Assembly (NCBI GenBank): GCA_964244895.1
Contig: CAXTKV010000005.1
Span: forward strand, 1-56,287
DNA from: an uncultured Deinococcales bacterium
Lineage (GTDB): Bacteria > Deinococcota > Deinococci > Deinococcales > JAAFIG01
DNA length: 56,287 nucleotides
Direction: 5' to 3'
The position numbers were made by a program, and so were the translations under genes. The notes beneath the pieces were generated by a model. It was given only the letters and a program-made list of their open reading frames with translations, did not search any database and was not told the DNA's origin. This document shows, piece after piece, positions 9,054 to 19,058 of this stretch. Each line of letters opens with the position of its first letter. Within the stretch, counting starts at the first letter, position 1.

Positions 9054-9659
9054 TTAAGCCCTAAGATTGGTTTGCCAACTCCAAAGTAAATCTTGGACGG
9101 TTTCCAAAGCGAGCTCTGCGGCTCGGTCAAATCCGATATTGGGCAACATGGCCATACTGGCCATGCCGTGCAAAACCCCAGAAATAACCTCAATAGTTTT
9201 TTGGACATCCACGAAGACGATTTCTTTGTCCTCAGCCCAACGTTGCAGAACCTCCATCGTCAGTTGGCACATGCCAGACGCTGCATTCGCCCGGATTTGA
9301 GGGTCAATGGTCACCCCACCCATTCCGTGCATCAGTTCGTAAACTCGAGGTTGCGCCCGAACAAAAGCAAGGTATGCCCGAGTGAGTGCCAGCATAATTT
9401 CGTCGGCATCTCGAGTCTTGAGTGAGATCGACATGGTCGCCTCCAATGCTCGATAGCCCTCGATCACCACGGCGACAAGCGCATCCTCTTTGCTGCCGAA
9501 GTATTGATAAATGATGGGGGAAGTGTACTCAATTTGATCTGCGATGCGCCGAATCGTCACAGCGGACCAACCTTCACTCGCCGCAATTTGACGGGCGGCA
9601 TCGAGAATGCTGGCTCGAGTGACTCGTTTTTGGCGCTCACGGCGTTCCTGCGTTCCCAT
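9054..9659 (-). CDS. TetR/AcrR-family transcriptional regulator
   Basis: ILDAARQIAASEGWSAVTIRRIADQIEYTSPIIYQYFGSKE. Confidence 0.93.
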   Translation of the reverse strand: MGTQERRERQKRVTRASILDAARQIAASEGWSAVTIRRIADQIEYTSPIIYQYFGSKEDALVAVVIEGYRALEATMSISLKTRDADEIMLALTRAYLAFVRAQPRVYELMHGMGGVTIDPQIRANAASGMCQLTMEVLQRWAEDKEIVFVDVQKTIEVISGVLHGMASMAMLPNIGFDRAAELALETVQDLLWSWQTNLRA

Positions 9660-9680
9660 TTCTGTCGCCTCATAAAAAAT

Positions 9681-9721
9681 CTATCTTTGATAAATTTAAC
9701 GGTTTCGCTGAGTTTTGTCAA
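9681..9721 (-). promoter_or_regulatory. Sigma70-type promoter for tetR with adjacent operator
   Basis: TTGACA-17-TAAATT on the minus strand, abutting palindrome CTATCTTTGATAA. Confidence 0.65.
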
Positions 9722-9819
9722 GTCCCTGAAATGACGAGGCGGCTGAGAGCGAGACAAGTAGGGCTTCCCGTCGCTGAGAAAGCCCTACGATGAGTATAGC
9801 AAAACGTATCACCCGCATC

Positions 9820-10431
9820 GTCACTGCCCGCTCGCGTCTTTCTCGGCGCTCGCTGCTGCCGACGGTTAACCATTCGCGCACGACACGGTGTTCTCCGGGT
9901 TTCGAGCCGAGACTGAGCGTGTGAGCCAGGCGCAAAACCCGCTGGTGCTGACGCTGAGGACTCGAGCCATGATGCCGACCTCAATGGGTGAGCAAGGTCA
10001 CAGGTGAACGCTACGATCGGGGGCTTTTTGAGATAACGAATTTCGTGGCTCATTTCAGAGTTACACGCGCTTGCAACCCTGCCCGTCAGATGCGTTTTAG
10101 AGTCACGAAGACGAAGAACATCTCACTCGAGCTCCAAACAACGGTTTTCTCGCTCGAGCATTTGATGCGTGGTCAGACCGGTCACGGTTGAAACGGGTGA
10201 ATACGGGTCCGAGCGTTGAGGGTGCTGTCCTTGGTCAGGGTGCTGAGTCCCACGCCAAGTTCCTGATCGATCACGCGCCTGGGTTTGCCGCTGGTGAGAT
10301 CGGGTTGTCCGGCTCGGGCTTCGAACTCGGGTGGCTCCTGATGCGTGCGTTTTTTGGTTGGCATGTTCGCTCCTGATGCTGATCAGGAGTGACTCGAAGT
10401 GCTTCATATCCATGCAATTGGAGCGATGGCA
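9820..10431 (-). mobile_element. Degraded IS3-family remnant (orfA and start of orfB)
   Basis: MPTKKRT..PEF..SGKPRR..ELGVGLSTL (HTH_Tnp_1-like), LERENRCLELE*DVLR, IMARVLSVSTSGFCAW; stops and frameshifts; boundaries approximate. Confidence 0.75.
10073..10109 (-). repeat. 37-bp micro-insertion, type 2, copy G
   Basis: Minus strand TTCGTGACTCTAAAACGCATCTGACGGGCAGGGTTGC; removal gives DVLRQA at the end of IS3 orfA. Confidence 0.8.
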
Positions 10432-10435
10432 CTTT

Positions 10436-12337
10436 TCATTTGACCTGAGTCGTCGGATTAGTCGCCCTCGAGACTGGAAACTCGGCCACACGAATCCGGG
10501 CACAGCCGTACGGGACGAGTGGGATCGGGTGCTGGTGCTGCATCGGACCGGTCAGGTTCTGCGGGGGGGGTGCAGCAGAGTTTTGCTCGATGCCCCAGCC
10601 GGTCAGCAATCCGGCTGGGACGTGGACCCGGAGCGGCACGGCTTCTACACCGATTGGTGCCGCCCCCATCCGGTGCGAGAACGGTGGCGAGGGGACGTTC
10701 AGGCGTTCCACCCGGCACTCGTGCGCCCGCGCCGGATCGAGCGTCAGGCCGTAACTCCACGAGCGGCGGAAGCGAACCTCGAAGTCGCCGAAGCCCGCCG
10801 AGCCAGGGATGCGCTCCCAGACCTCGCCCGGTGCGAACGCCAGCGTCAGCGGCCCGAGGCTCAGCGCAACCGCGCCGCGCGGTCGCTCGAGTGCGCGCAC
10901 GCGCATCGGCAACCGGAGTTCGATCCAGTCGCCCTCGCACCACTCGCGCTCGAGGCGCAGGAACCCCCCAGGTGATCTCTCGACCTCGAGCGCATCTCCG
11001 TTGAGGTGAACTTCGGGCGCCTCGCACCAGGCCGGGGCGCGCAGCAGCACCTCGAAGCGCGCTGGACGATCCGGCGCGACCTCGATCCGGACGTTCTCCT
11101 TGAAGGGGTAGTCGGTGATCGTCTCGAGCTTCACGACGACGCCACCCGCGACGGTGGCGTTGGCGCGGTTGGGCGCGTAGGCGATGGCGGCCAGTCCGCC
11201 CGAGGGCGTACCCATCCACAGGGCACGCACGAACTTCGGCCAGCCCTGATGCAGGTTCGCGGTGCAGCAACCGAAGTGCGGTTCGAGCCCAAAGGTGTTG
11301 GCGTCGGCGGTGCTCATCGTCCAGTCGCGGTCGGCGATCGTACAGAGCACTTGGTTGATCTGCTGGTGGTACTGGTGGGCGCGCATGTCGGCGCTCATCG
11401 CGGCGGGTAGGGCGTTGAACGCGACCCGTTCGAGTCGATCCCCGAACTCGGCTTGACCGAAGGTGCGGATGAGCTGCTCCAAGCTGAACATCATCTCGAC
11501 GACCGCGCAGGTCTCGACGCCCCGCTCGGGGCCGAGCCCGGCCAGCCACTCGTCGCCGCTGAACATCCCGTTGACCATGCCGTGGAGGGTCTCCAGGTTC
11601 TCGAGGCTGCGACGGATGTTTTCAAGGTGCCGAGCCTCGCCATCGCGCGCGAAGCGCACGGCGGGCAGCTTCAGGGCCATCGCTACGTTGACGACGTGCG
11701 TGAAATGCGAGAACGAGCGCACAGGTCCGCGCGCGAGCTGCTCGGTCAGGTAGGTTTCCCAGTCGAGCGTTTGCGAGAGGATCAAGTCGATGAGCTCCAG
11801 CAGGCGCGGTTCGCTCGTGCGCTCGAACAGCCACAGCGCAGGCAAGAGGTTCTCCGCGCCTCGGGCCGCACCCCAACCCTCGAGCGGGCGGTCGGGGAGG
11901 TGTTCGAGTTGGTGGTCGAAGTATCGGCGCATGAACGGGATCACTCGCTCATCGCCCGTCGCGTCGTGGTGCTGAGCCAGCACCTTCAGCGCGACCATGC
12001 GCGGCCACCAGTCGTCGTTGCTGGCGGGGCCGAAAAAGCCGTCTTCCCGCTGGCTCCCAATCATCGCCTCGATCCAGCGCTGCGCCTTCGTCAGGAGCTG
12101 TGGGTCATTGAGCACATGTGCCAGCGGCAGCAGGCCGTCGAGGTAGTACGGGCCGCGCTCCCACGCCTCACCGTCGCCTCCCAACCACGCGCTCGAGGCG
12201 CCGACGTCCGCCCAGAGTTCCTCGAGATGCCCGGTCAGGCCATCGGCTTGGAGGCGCAACTGCTCGAGCAACCAGCCCGCAGGCTCGACCGCACCCAGCG
12301 GCAACTCGAGGAAGGCGGGTTGTGCGAGAGGCGTCAC
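10436..12337 (-). CDS. GH127/GH146-type beta-L-arabinofuranosidase-like glycoside hydrolase
   Basis: WERGPYYLDG, HVVN, GVETCAVVE, LERVAFNALPA, FGCCTANLHQGWPK, TDYPF, LVPYGCARIRV. Confidence 0.88.
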   Translation of the reverse strand: MTPLAQPAFLELPLGAVEPAGWLLEQLRLQADGLTGHLEELWADVGASSAWLGGDGEAWERGPYYLDGLLPLAHVLNDPQLLTKAQRWIEAMIGSQREDGFFGPASNDDWWPRMVALKVLAQHHDATGDERVIPFMRRYFDHQLEHLPDRPLEGWGAARGAENLLPALWLFERTSEPRLLELIDLILSQTLDWETYLTEQLARGPVRSFSHFTHVVNVAMALKLPAVRFARDGEARHLENIRRSLENLETLHGMVNGMFSGDEWLAGLGPERGVETCAVVEMMFSLEQLIRTFGQAEFGDRLERVAFNALPAAMSADMRAHQYHQQINQVLCTIADRDWTMSTADANTFGLEPHFGCCTANLHQGWPKFVRALWMGTPSGGLAAIAYAPNRANATVAGGVVVKLETITDYPFKENVRIEVAPDRPARFEVLLRAPAWCEAPEVHLNGDALEVERSPGGFLRLEREWCEGDWIELRLPMRVRALERPRGAVALSLGPLTLAFAPGEVWERIPGSAGFGDFEVRFRRSWSYGLTLDPARAHECRVERLNVPSPPFSHRMGAAPIGVEAVPLRVHVPAGLLTGWGIEQNSAAPPPQNLTGPMQHQHPIPLVPYGCARIRVAEFPVSRATNPTTQVK

Positions 12338-12613
12338 GCGCCCTCCCGCCGGCGCAGCCAGACCTGGATCGGTTCGACGCTATAAGGGCGACCAAATCGC
12401 TCGCTCGTCCGGGATCTCGCGAACGGTAGCGGCAATGATTTTTCGATGTCAGCGCAGGGTGGCGGCGCGAAGCGCGCGTTTTTAAAGCGCACCGCCGTCG
12501 CGGGCTCTCGGCGCAGGTGCAGCCCCGCAGGCTTCTTGGGACAAGGCGTCCCGCGGTTTCTCGAATTCCCCTGGGTTGGTTGAATCGTCATGGATTTCCT
12601 CAATTCCTCGTAC

Positions 12614-13477
12614 CTAACCCTTGACCGCACCCGCGATCAAACCGTTGATGTAATAACGCTGCAACAGCAAGAACAGCACCGCGCAGGGCAGCATGCTGAT
12701 CATCAGTCCCGCCTGCATCGCGCCCCAGTTGACCGTGCCAAACTGGCCGGCCTGGGCGTTCAGGAGCATCACCGGCAGCGTGAAATCCTCGGCGTTCGAC
12801 ATGAAGATCAGCGCCGCCAGGAACTCGTTCCAGGCTCCGAAGAAGGCGAACAAGGCCACCGTGACGATGCCGGGCAGCACGACGGGCAGCATCACCTTGG
12901 TGAGCAACGTCACTGGCGTACAGCCGTCGATCAGTGCGGCCTCCTCGAGTTCGCGCGGCACGCTGTCAAAAGAGTTTCGCATCATGAAGACCGCGAACGG
13001 CAACTGGAAGGTGGTGTAGACGAGCGCCAGACCGAGCAAAGTGTTTTGCAGGTGAATGAAGCGCAACAGCAAAAAAAGCGGAGTCAGGATCGACTGGAAC
13101 GGGATCATCAGCGTCACCAGGATCACGACGAAGACCAAGTTCTTGGCCGGAAAATGAAACCTCGAGAAACCGTAGCCGCCGAGCGTCGAGAGGATCACCG
13201 CGCCCACCACGGTCATCAGCGTCACGGACACGCTGTTGAACAGGTAGCGCCCGATGCCATCCCCATAGCTCGCCAGGTTCGCGTAGTTCTCGAAGCTGAG
13301 TCTCGAAGGCAGGAACGTCGGCGGCGAGGCCGAAGCCTCGGACGGCGGCTTGAACGAGGTCAGCACCGACCAGAACAGCGGAAACGCGAACGCCACGAAC
13401 AGCGCGATGCAGACCGCGTAGTAGAGCACCGGAGGGCGCTGGCGTCTTGATGGGGCGCTCGGACGGCGTTCGGTCAT
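12614..13477 (-). CDS. Carbohydrate ABC transporter permease (MalG-like)
   Basis: EAA motif ELEEAALIDG, TM helices, GAVKG terminus. Confidence 0.92.
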   Translation of the reverse strand: MTERRPSAPSRRQRPPVLYYAVCIALFVAFAFPLFWSVLTSFKPPSEASASPPTFLPSRLSFENYANLASYGDGIGRYLFNSVSVTLMTVVGAVILSTLGGYGFSRFHFPAKNLVFVVILVTLMIPFQSILTPLFLLLRFIHLQNTLLGLALVYTTFQLPFAVFMMRNSFDSVPRELEEAALIDGCTPVTLLTKVMLPVVLPGIVTVALFAFFGAWNEFLAALIFMSNAEDFTLPVMLLNAQAGQFGTVNWGAMQAGLMISMLPCAVLFLLLQRYYINGLIAGAVKG

Positions 13478-13604
13478 GGTGACTCCTCGTTCGCGTGCGA
13501 GCCATCTGAGAACCGACTTCGCGCCCCGCGGCACCGTCCGGCGCGGCAAAGACTGTTGGCGTCCGCGACTGTGCTTCCGGTAATTCCGAGTTCAATCTTC
13601 GAGT

Positions 13605-14561
13605 TCACGATGGGGCTTCATCCCGCAGCAGATAGAGCTGGGCGACGCTGATGGCGATCAGGATGACGAGCAGCACGACCGACATGGCGGCGGCGTAGCC
13701 GAGCCTGAAATACGTGAAGGCCGCGCGGTAAATCCAGTACACGACCGTGACCGTCGAATTTTCCGGGCCACCGTGGGTCAGGATGTAGAACTGGTCGAAG
13801 GCCAAATACGAACCGATCACCGAGATGGTCAGCGCCAGGGCGAAGGTGCGCCGCAAGAGCGGCACGGTGATGAACCGCATTCCCTGCCACCAGCTCGCAC
13901 CGTCGATTTTGGCGGCCTCGTAGAGGTCCTCGGGGATGGCCTGCATCCCGACCAGCAGGAGCACCATCGTGAAGCCCGCCGTCTTCCAGACCACCATCAC
14001 CGCCAGCGTGGCGAGGGCGCTGCCCGACTCAGCCAGCCACTGCACGGGCTCCTTGACGATCCCGAGACCGATCAAAATCGCGCTGAAAACGCCCACCTGA
14101 TCGTGCAACAACCAGACCCACAACAGACTCGCTGTGCCCAGTCCGATCACCACGGGCAGAAAGTAGGCGGTGCGGAACGTCCCGACCCAGCGCAGCGGGC
14201 GCTGCACCAAGAGCGCCAGGCCGAACGCGGTCAAAAAGATGATCGGCGTCACGACCAGCGTATACCTCGCGGTGAACAGCAAACTCGACCAGAACGTCGC
14301 GTCGGTTAACAGGTTCCGGTAGTTCTCGAGCCCCGTAAAGTACGGTTTTTTCAATAAGCCCCAGTTGTGCAGCGACATCCAAACCGTCATCCCGAGCGGC
14401 ACGAGAAAGAACACGGACGTAAAGAGCACGCACGGCAGGACGAACAACAACCCGGCCCGCTGGTGTCGGACTCGGGTCTGGCTGGGGCGGGCGACGGTGG
14501 GCTTCGTGGCAGCGATGCGCATACTGGATGCAGACCCCTCTCGAACCTCGAGGGGGCGCAC
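13605..14561 (-). CDS. Carbohydrate ABC transporter permease (MalF-like)
   Basis: GLENY, LYEAAKIDGA, TM helices; start uncertain. Confidence 0.92.
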   Translation of the reverse strand: MRPLEVREGSASSMRIAATKPTVARPSQTRVRHQRAGLLFVLPCVLFTSVFFLVPLGMTVWMSLHNWGLLKKPYFTGLENYRNLLTDATFWSSLLFTARYTLVVTPIIFLTAFGLALLVQRPLRWVGTFRTAYFLPVVIGLGTASLLWVWLLHDQVGVFSAILIGLGIVKEPVQWLAESGSALATLAVMVVWKTAGFTMVLLLVGMQAIPEDLYEAAKIDGASWWQGMRFITVPLLRRTFALALTISVIGSYLAFDQFYILTHGGPENSTVTVVYWIYRAAFTYFRLGYAAAMSVVLLVILIAISVAQLYLLRDEAPS

Positions 14562-14584
14562 GCCCGTGCGCCCCCTGTGCGCGA

Positions 14585-15841
14585 CTACTTGATGTTTAAG
14601 ATTTTGGTAAACGCATCCTGTGCCTTCTGAACGGCGGTGTCCACGCCGCTACCGAAGATCGCCTCCTGGAACATGGCGAGCCACGGACCGTTAGCATCGT
14701 TGAAGAGTTCGTTGTAGTGCACCGTGTACGGCGTGCGCCCATCCGCCATCGCCTTAGACACAGTCACGAAGCGCGGGTCGAGCTTGCTGTACTCGTTCTC
14801 GGACAGGTCTGAGCGGACGGGAATGCTGCCGTTCTTGGCGAACTCCTTGACCTGTACGTCCTCGGTCAGGCACCAGTTGATGAAGTCGAAAGCCTCCTTG
14901 ACGCGTTTGGAGCCCGCCGGAATCCCGATCGAATCGCCGCCCGCGAAGCTCGAGGAGCCGCCCTTCTCGCCCGGCAAAGGCGCGATGCCGAAGTCCACCT
15001 CCGGGTGGTCGCGCTTCAAGATACCGATCGAGAACGCACCCGTTCCCGCCATGCCGATCTTGCCCGTCAGGAAGGCACCCAAGAAGTTGGTGCCGTTGTC
15101 GGTCTTGGCTCCTGCAGGAACCTGCCCACCCTCCCACAGCCGCCGGTACAGAGCGAGCGCCCCTTTGACGGCGGGGTTATTCAACGTCGCCGTTTTGCCG
15201 TCGGCGGAGAGCACGTCGCCGCCCGAGGCCCAGATCAAGGGCAGGAACGTGAAGGCGTTGCAGCCAGCGCAGGCTCCCGCGAAGTAGTACCCCTTGATCC
15301 CGTTGCCGAGCGCCGTGATTTTCTTCGAGTCAGCCTCGATCTCGGCCCAGGTCTTGGGCGGCTTGTTCGGGTCGAGCCCGGCCTGCTTGAAGAGGGCCTT
15401 GTTGTAGACGAGTACCGAACCCTCGGCGCTGAACGGCACGGCGTAGGTTTTGTTTTGGAAGGTCGCCAGACGCACGTGAGAGTCCGAGAGGGTCTTGGCA
15501 AAGGGCAGGGCTTTGATTTGGGCGGTGATGTCGGTCATCTGCCCGGCTTCGGCGAAGGCGGGCAGGTAGATCAAGTCGATCGCCACGACGTCCGGACCGG
15601 CCCCACCGGCGACCGCCGTGCCGAACTTGGTCACGAACTGATCGTCTGGGATGCTGGTGAGTTTGACCTGGGTGGGGTGAGTTGCGTTGTAGGCCTTGAC
15701 GAGCGGCGCGGTGAAACCGCTGTCCGCAGCGCGAACCCAGAACGAAACGGTGTTGTCCTGGGCGAGCGACGAGGCGGCAAACGCACCACCGGCGGCGGTG
15801 AGGGCGGCGAAAGCGAGGAACAAACGCGTGTTTGAGGGCAT
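14585..15841 (-). CDS. Carbohydrate ABC transporter substrate-binding protein
   Basis: Signal peptide MPSNTRLFLAFAAL.., GPDVV, LVYNKALFKQAGLD..PPKTW. Confidence 0.92.
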   Translation of the reverse strand: MPSNTRLFLAFAALTAAGGAFAASSLAQDNTVSFWVRAADSGFTAPLVKAYNATHPTQVKLTSIPDDQFVTKFGTAVAGGAGPDVVAIDLIYLPAFAEAGQMTDITAQIKALPFAKTLSDSHVRLATFQNKTYAVPFSAEGSVLVYNKALFKQAGLDPNKPPKTWAEIEADSKKITALGNGIKGYYFAGACAGCNAFTFLPLIWASGGDVLSADGKTATLNNPAVKGALALYRRLWEGGQVPAGAKTDNGTNFLGAFLTGKIGMAGTGAFSIGILKRDHPEVDFGIAPLPGEKGGSSSFAGGDSIGIPAGSKRVKEAFDFINWCLTEDVQVKEFAKNGSIPVRSDLSENEYSKLDPRFVTVSKAMADGRTPYTVHYNELFNDANGPWLAMFQEAIFGSGVDTAVQKAQDAFTKILNIK

Positions 15842-15925
15842 AAAACTCCATCCGCCGCGACAGCTCAGCGCGGCTGATTCTCCAGAAGGCAACACTTCGG
15901 ACTTGACGGGCTGAAACGGAGTTCG

Positions 15926-17014
15926 CTAGCTTGGGAGTCGCTCGTCCTCCTTTCGTTTGGCCACGGGGGTTTGGGATGCGCCGCAGGAGGCGCGGGCGAT
16001 CAGCCGACAGGGCAGCCGCTGAACGCCCGACTCCTTGCGCCCGTCGATTCGCTCGAGCAGCTTGACTCCAGCCAACCGCCCGAGTTCGTGGAGGTTCATG
16101 TCGATCGTGGTCAGCGCCGGTCGAGTGGCCGCCGCGATGATCTCCCAGTTGTCGTATCCGACCACGGCGATGTCGTCGGGCACGCGCGCACCGCGCTCTC
16201 GCAGGGCATCCACCGCGCCTCGAGCAATCTGGTCGCTGCCGCAGAAGAGGGCGTCGACCTGGCGTCCGCGCGCCAGCAGCTGCGTCGTGGCCTCGAAGCC
16301 CCAGGCTTCGCTCCAGGGGCCGTGCAGCGCGGCGTCTTTCGGCACGCGCAGACCGTGGGCGCGCATCGATTGCTCGAAGCCCGAACGGCGTTCGCGCACG
16401 GCCAGGAATTTCTGTGGCCCGCTGATGTGAACGATTCGCGTTCGTCCGGCGGCGATCAGGTGATCCGTCGCCAGCCGTCCGCCCTGCGCGTCGTCCGGCA
16501 GCAGGCAGAGCGCCTCGGGATCCTCGACTTGCGTATAGGCGTACAAGACGGGTACGCCGAGCCCACCGAGTTCGATGGCCCGCCGGGGATCGGTGCGCCT
16601 GGAGGTCACGATGATGCCGTCGACGCGTTTCGAGAGCAGGGACTCGACGTGCTGGCGCTCGCGGGCGGGGTCGTCGGCGGAGTTGCAGAGGAACACCGAG
16701 AATCTTGCCGCGCCGAGGGCATCCTCAATCCCCTCCATCAAGGGGATGCTGAAGCGTCCATAGCTGTCGGTTGAGATCAGTCCGACGCTGAAGCTCTTCT
16801 GGCGCAGGATGCTCTGCATCAGGTCGTTCGGGCGGAAGCCGAGCTTCGTCGCCACGCGCTGTACCCGCGCTCTGGTCTCGTCGCGAAGTTGCCCCTGGCC
16901 GTTGAGGGCTTTCGAGGCCGTACCTAGACTGACCCCGGCGACCCTGGCGATATCGCGAATCGTCGGGACGCGGTTCGTGGAGCCGGGGGCTGGGGGCGTT
17001 GGCGCTTTCGACAT
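15926..17014 (-). CDS. LacI-family transcriptional regulator
   Basis: TIRDIARVAGVSLGTASKALN, VPDDIAVVGYD, PALTT. Confidence 0.95.
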   Translation of the reverse strand: MSKAPTPPAPGSTNRVPTIRDIARVAGVSLGTASKALNGQGQLRDETRARVQRVATKLGFRPNDLMQSILRQKSFSVGLISTDSYGRFSIPLMEGIEDALGAARFSVFLCNSADDPARERQHVESLLSKRVDGIIVTSRRTDPRRAIELGGLGVPVLYAYTQVEDPEALCLLPDDAQGGRLATDHLIAAGRTRIVHISGPQKFLAVRERRSGFEQSMRAHGLRVPKDAALHGPWSEAWGFEATTQLLARGRQVDALFCGSDQIARGAVDALRERGARVPDDIAVVGYDNWEIIAAATRPALTTIDMNLHELGRLAGVKLLERIDGRKESGVQRLPCRLIARASCGASQTPVAKRKEDERLPS

Positions 17015-17078
17015 GGTTGGCTCACGGGGGAATCCAAAAAGGCTGTTTCCCAAGTCAAAACCTGGGATATTTCGTAAA

Positions 17079-17135
17079 GAAACATTGTTTCCTTTGTGTA
17101 ATTTGCAGCTTAAGCGCTCAACAACGAGAAGTCAA
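17079..17135 (-). promoter_or_regulatory. Promoter and LacI-type operator for the LacI-ABC-GH127 operon
   Basis: TTGACT-17-TAAGCT (17135-17107) and palindrome GAAACATTGTTTC (17079-17091). Confidence 0.65.
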
Positions 17136-17257
17136 GGTCGGATCCGGCGAGCGCTTCGATGGTTACGCGACCGATCTCGGAGGGTAAGTGAAGTTCCGGT
17201 TCTCATCGAAGTCTGTTGTTGGACGAGACCGTCACGCCACCAGGAGCAGCCTCCACC

Positions 17258-17850
17258 TCAACGGGGCGGATGACGCCGTCCCAAACGTCTACCTTCGCGC
17301 AGTGCCGAACGGGTCAGGCGCGCCCTAGTTTTGATGAGCGTCCAAAATGCTGAAATCTCGCCCCGGTGTCGCTCGACGCCCACCTCGACCCCTTCCGCCG
17401 AAGTCAGGTGTGCCAACATGTTGAGGAACACGCGCCGGATCGTGATCGGGTAAATCTTGCGGGTTTTCACGCTCTCGCCTCGCCGCGCGATCCCGCGCTT
17501 GACTGTCGTTACGCGGAGCACCGCTTGTGAAGCGCCAGCGGCACGGGTTGCACGTTCACTGTTCGCCATCGGGTGAAGTCCGCGAACATCCGCTTTGGAG
17601 ATCCCATCGATTTTTTGTGCGTGAATTGATCGGTGATGGCCGCTTCAGCCGCGCGCACGTACGGGCTGGCCGCCATACCCCGCAGCGCGTCGGCTCGTCC
17701 GAGGGCAGCCTCGAGCGGTAAGTCCCGAATGTCCGCCTCGAGACGCTCAGCTGCCTCGCGTACCGTGCTGACTTCGTCGGTGAGCGCGATCCGGTGATCG
17801 ATTATGGAGAGCACCGTTCGAACCTCGAAGCGTTCGTCATCTTGTCGCCA
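17258..17850 (-). pseudogene. Frameshifted gene remnant, possibly the C-terminus of a mobile-element primase/helicase
   Basis: Two overlapping coding-like minus frames (..PKRMFADFTRW.. / ..SQAVLRVTTVKRG..KTRKIY); resemblance is weak. Confidence 0.3.
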
Positions 17851-18030
17851 GACCAGCGATGATCAGGTGACCGGGGAATTGAGGTTACAGCGGTTTTACC
17901 ACTCATTTGGACGGAAAGTATCTCGAGTACGACGGCCCGGAATCAGGATCAGTCACGAAATTTCGGCCCGGTGATTCCGAACCGCTTCAAAAACCGCTGT
18001 AGGCATTCCGCCTGGGCGTTTGAAGATCCA

Positions 18031-18939
18031 TCAACCACCCGGATGAAGCACCACTTGAAGTTTCTCGTGAATCAACATGCGAAGCCACGCGTGCGCCTTG
18101 TCTGCATCGTGACGCTGATGCCACGCTTGGATGATCGGAACTGGTTGCAGCGCCAGGGGGATCGGGCGGGTGCGAAGGTTAAGCGAGACCACCACCGGCT
18201 GGGAGACGAACTGCGGAACCGAAACCATCAGGTCGTTCTGGCAAACAAATTGGAGGGCGGCGGTGCCGGTCGGAGCCGATGCGACCACCGCTCGGCGCAG
18301 ACCAAAGCGCTCCAGGGCATCATCGATGGGATCGCGCAGGCGACCCCGGCGCGAGACGATGATGTGCTGTGCGTTCGCGTAGCGCTCGAGAGTCAACCTG
18401 CCGCGAGCCCACGGGTGCTCCGGGCGCACGACAGCGACCAGGCGATCGTGGCCGATAATCTCGAAACGAATCTCGGGGAGCACGGGTTCGCTCGAACCGA
18501 TCTCGAGATCCACCTGCCCGTGACGCAGCTCGTTGCTATCCGTGCTGGCCTCGCCCAGAAAGCGCAGCCGAACGCCCGAAGCCTGCGCCCGCACTGCGTT
18601 GAGCAGACCCGGACCGATGGCGGTCGTGACGGCATCGTGGCAACGCAGGGTGAAGGTTCGCTCGAGCGCGCCGAGCTCGAGGTCGCGCGCCGGGGCGAGT
18701 ACCGCGTGCGCTTGTTGGACGAGCGTGTGGACTTCCGCGCGAACCGCGAGCGCGTAGGGGGTGGGCGTCATCGTGCGGCCCGTCCGCACCAGAATGTGAT
18801 CGCCGGTCGCGCGCCTGATCCGTCCGAGCGTTCGGCTCATGGCGGGCTCTGAGAGGCGAAGGCGTTCGGCGGCGGCTCCGACGCTGCCTTCCTCGAGCAG
18901 CGCGTCGAGGGCGGTCAGCAGGTTCAAATCCAATTGCAT
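18031..18939 (-). CDS. LysR-family transcriptional regulator
   Basis: MQLDLNLLTALDALLEEGSVGAAAERLRLSEPAMSRTLGRIR..D.ILVRTGR.MTPT. Confidence 0.95.
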   Translation of the reverse strand: MQLDLNLLTALDALLEEGSVGAAAERLRLSEPAMSRTLGRIRRATGDHILVRTGRTMTPTPYALAVRAEVHTLVQQAHAVLAPARDLELGALERTFTLRCHDAVTTAIGPGLLNAVRAQASGVRLRFLGEASTDSNELRHGQVDLEIGSSEPVLPEIRFEIIGHDRLVAVVRPEHPWARGRLTLERYANAQHIIVSRRGRLRDPIDDALERFGLRRAVVASAPTGTAALQFVCQNDLMVSVPQFVSQPVVVSLNLRTRPIPLALQPVPIIQAWHQRHDADKAHAWLRMLIHEKLQVVLHPGG

Positions 18940-19058
18940 TTGGGTAATTCTACACCTACCAAAGATGGCATTGACGACAAGTGGATGCCGCTCTAGGCTG
19001 ACCCCATCAGGTTTGACCAGCTCAGGTCGACCCAAGCCAAGCCGTGGAGGAACAACCG

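Noticed and set aside
10040..10070. Possible further insert next to copy G
   Set aside because: The IS3 remnant is too degraded to reconstruct the empty site by eye.
10094..10102. GTTTTAGAG resembling a Cas9 repeat start
   Set aside because: A nine-base match internal to copy G and not conserved in the other copies.
15061..15072. GCCCGTCAG core matches in cargo genes (also near 25158 and 48214)
   Set aside because: Ordinary codons in uninterrupted ORFs with no flanking similarity.
15891..15925. ACTTGACGGGCTG as an intergenic eighth micro-insertion
   Set aside because: Only part of the core matches; no TTCTTG start, TCGC end or outer stem.
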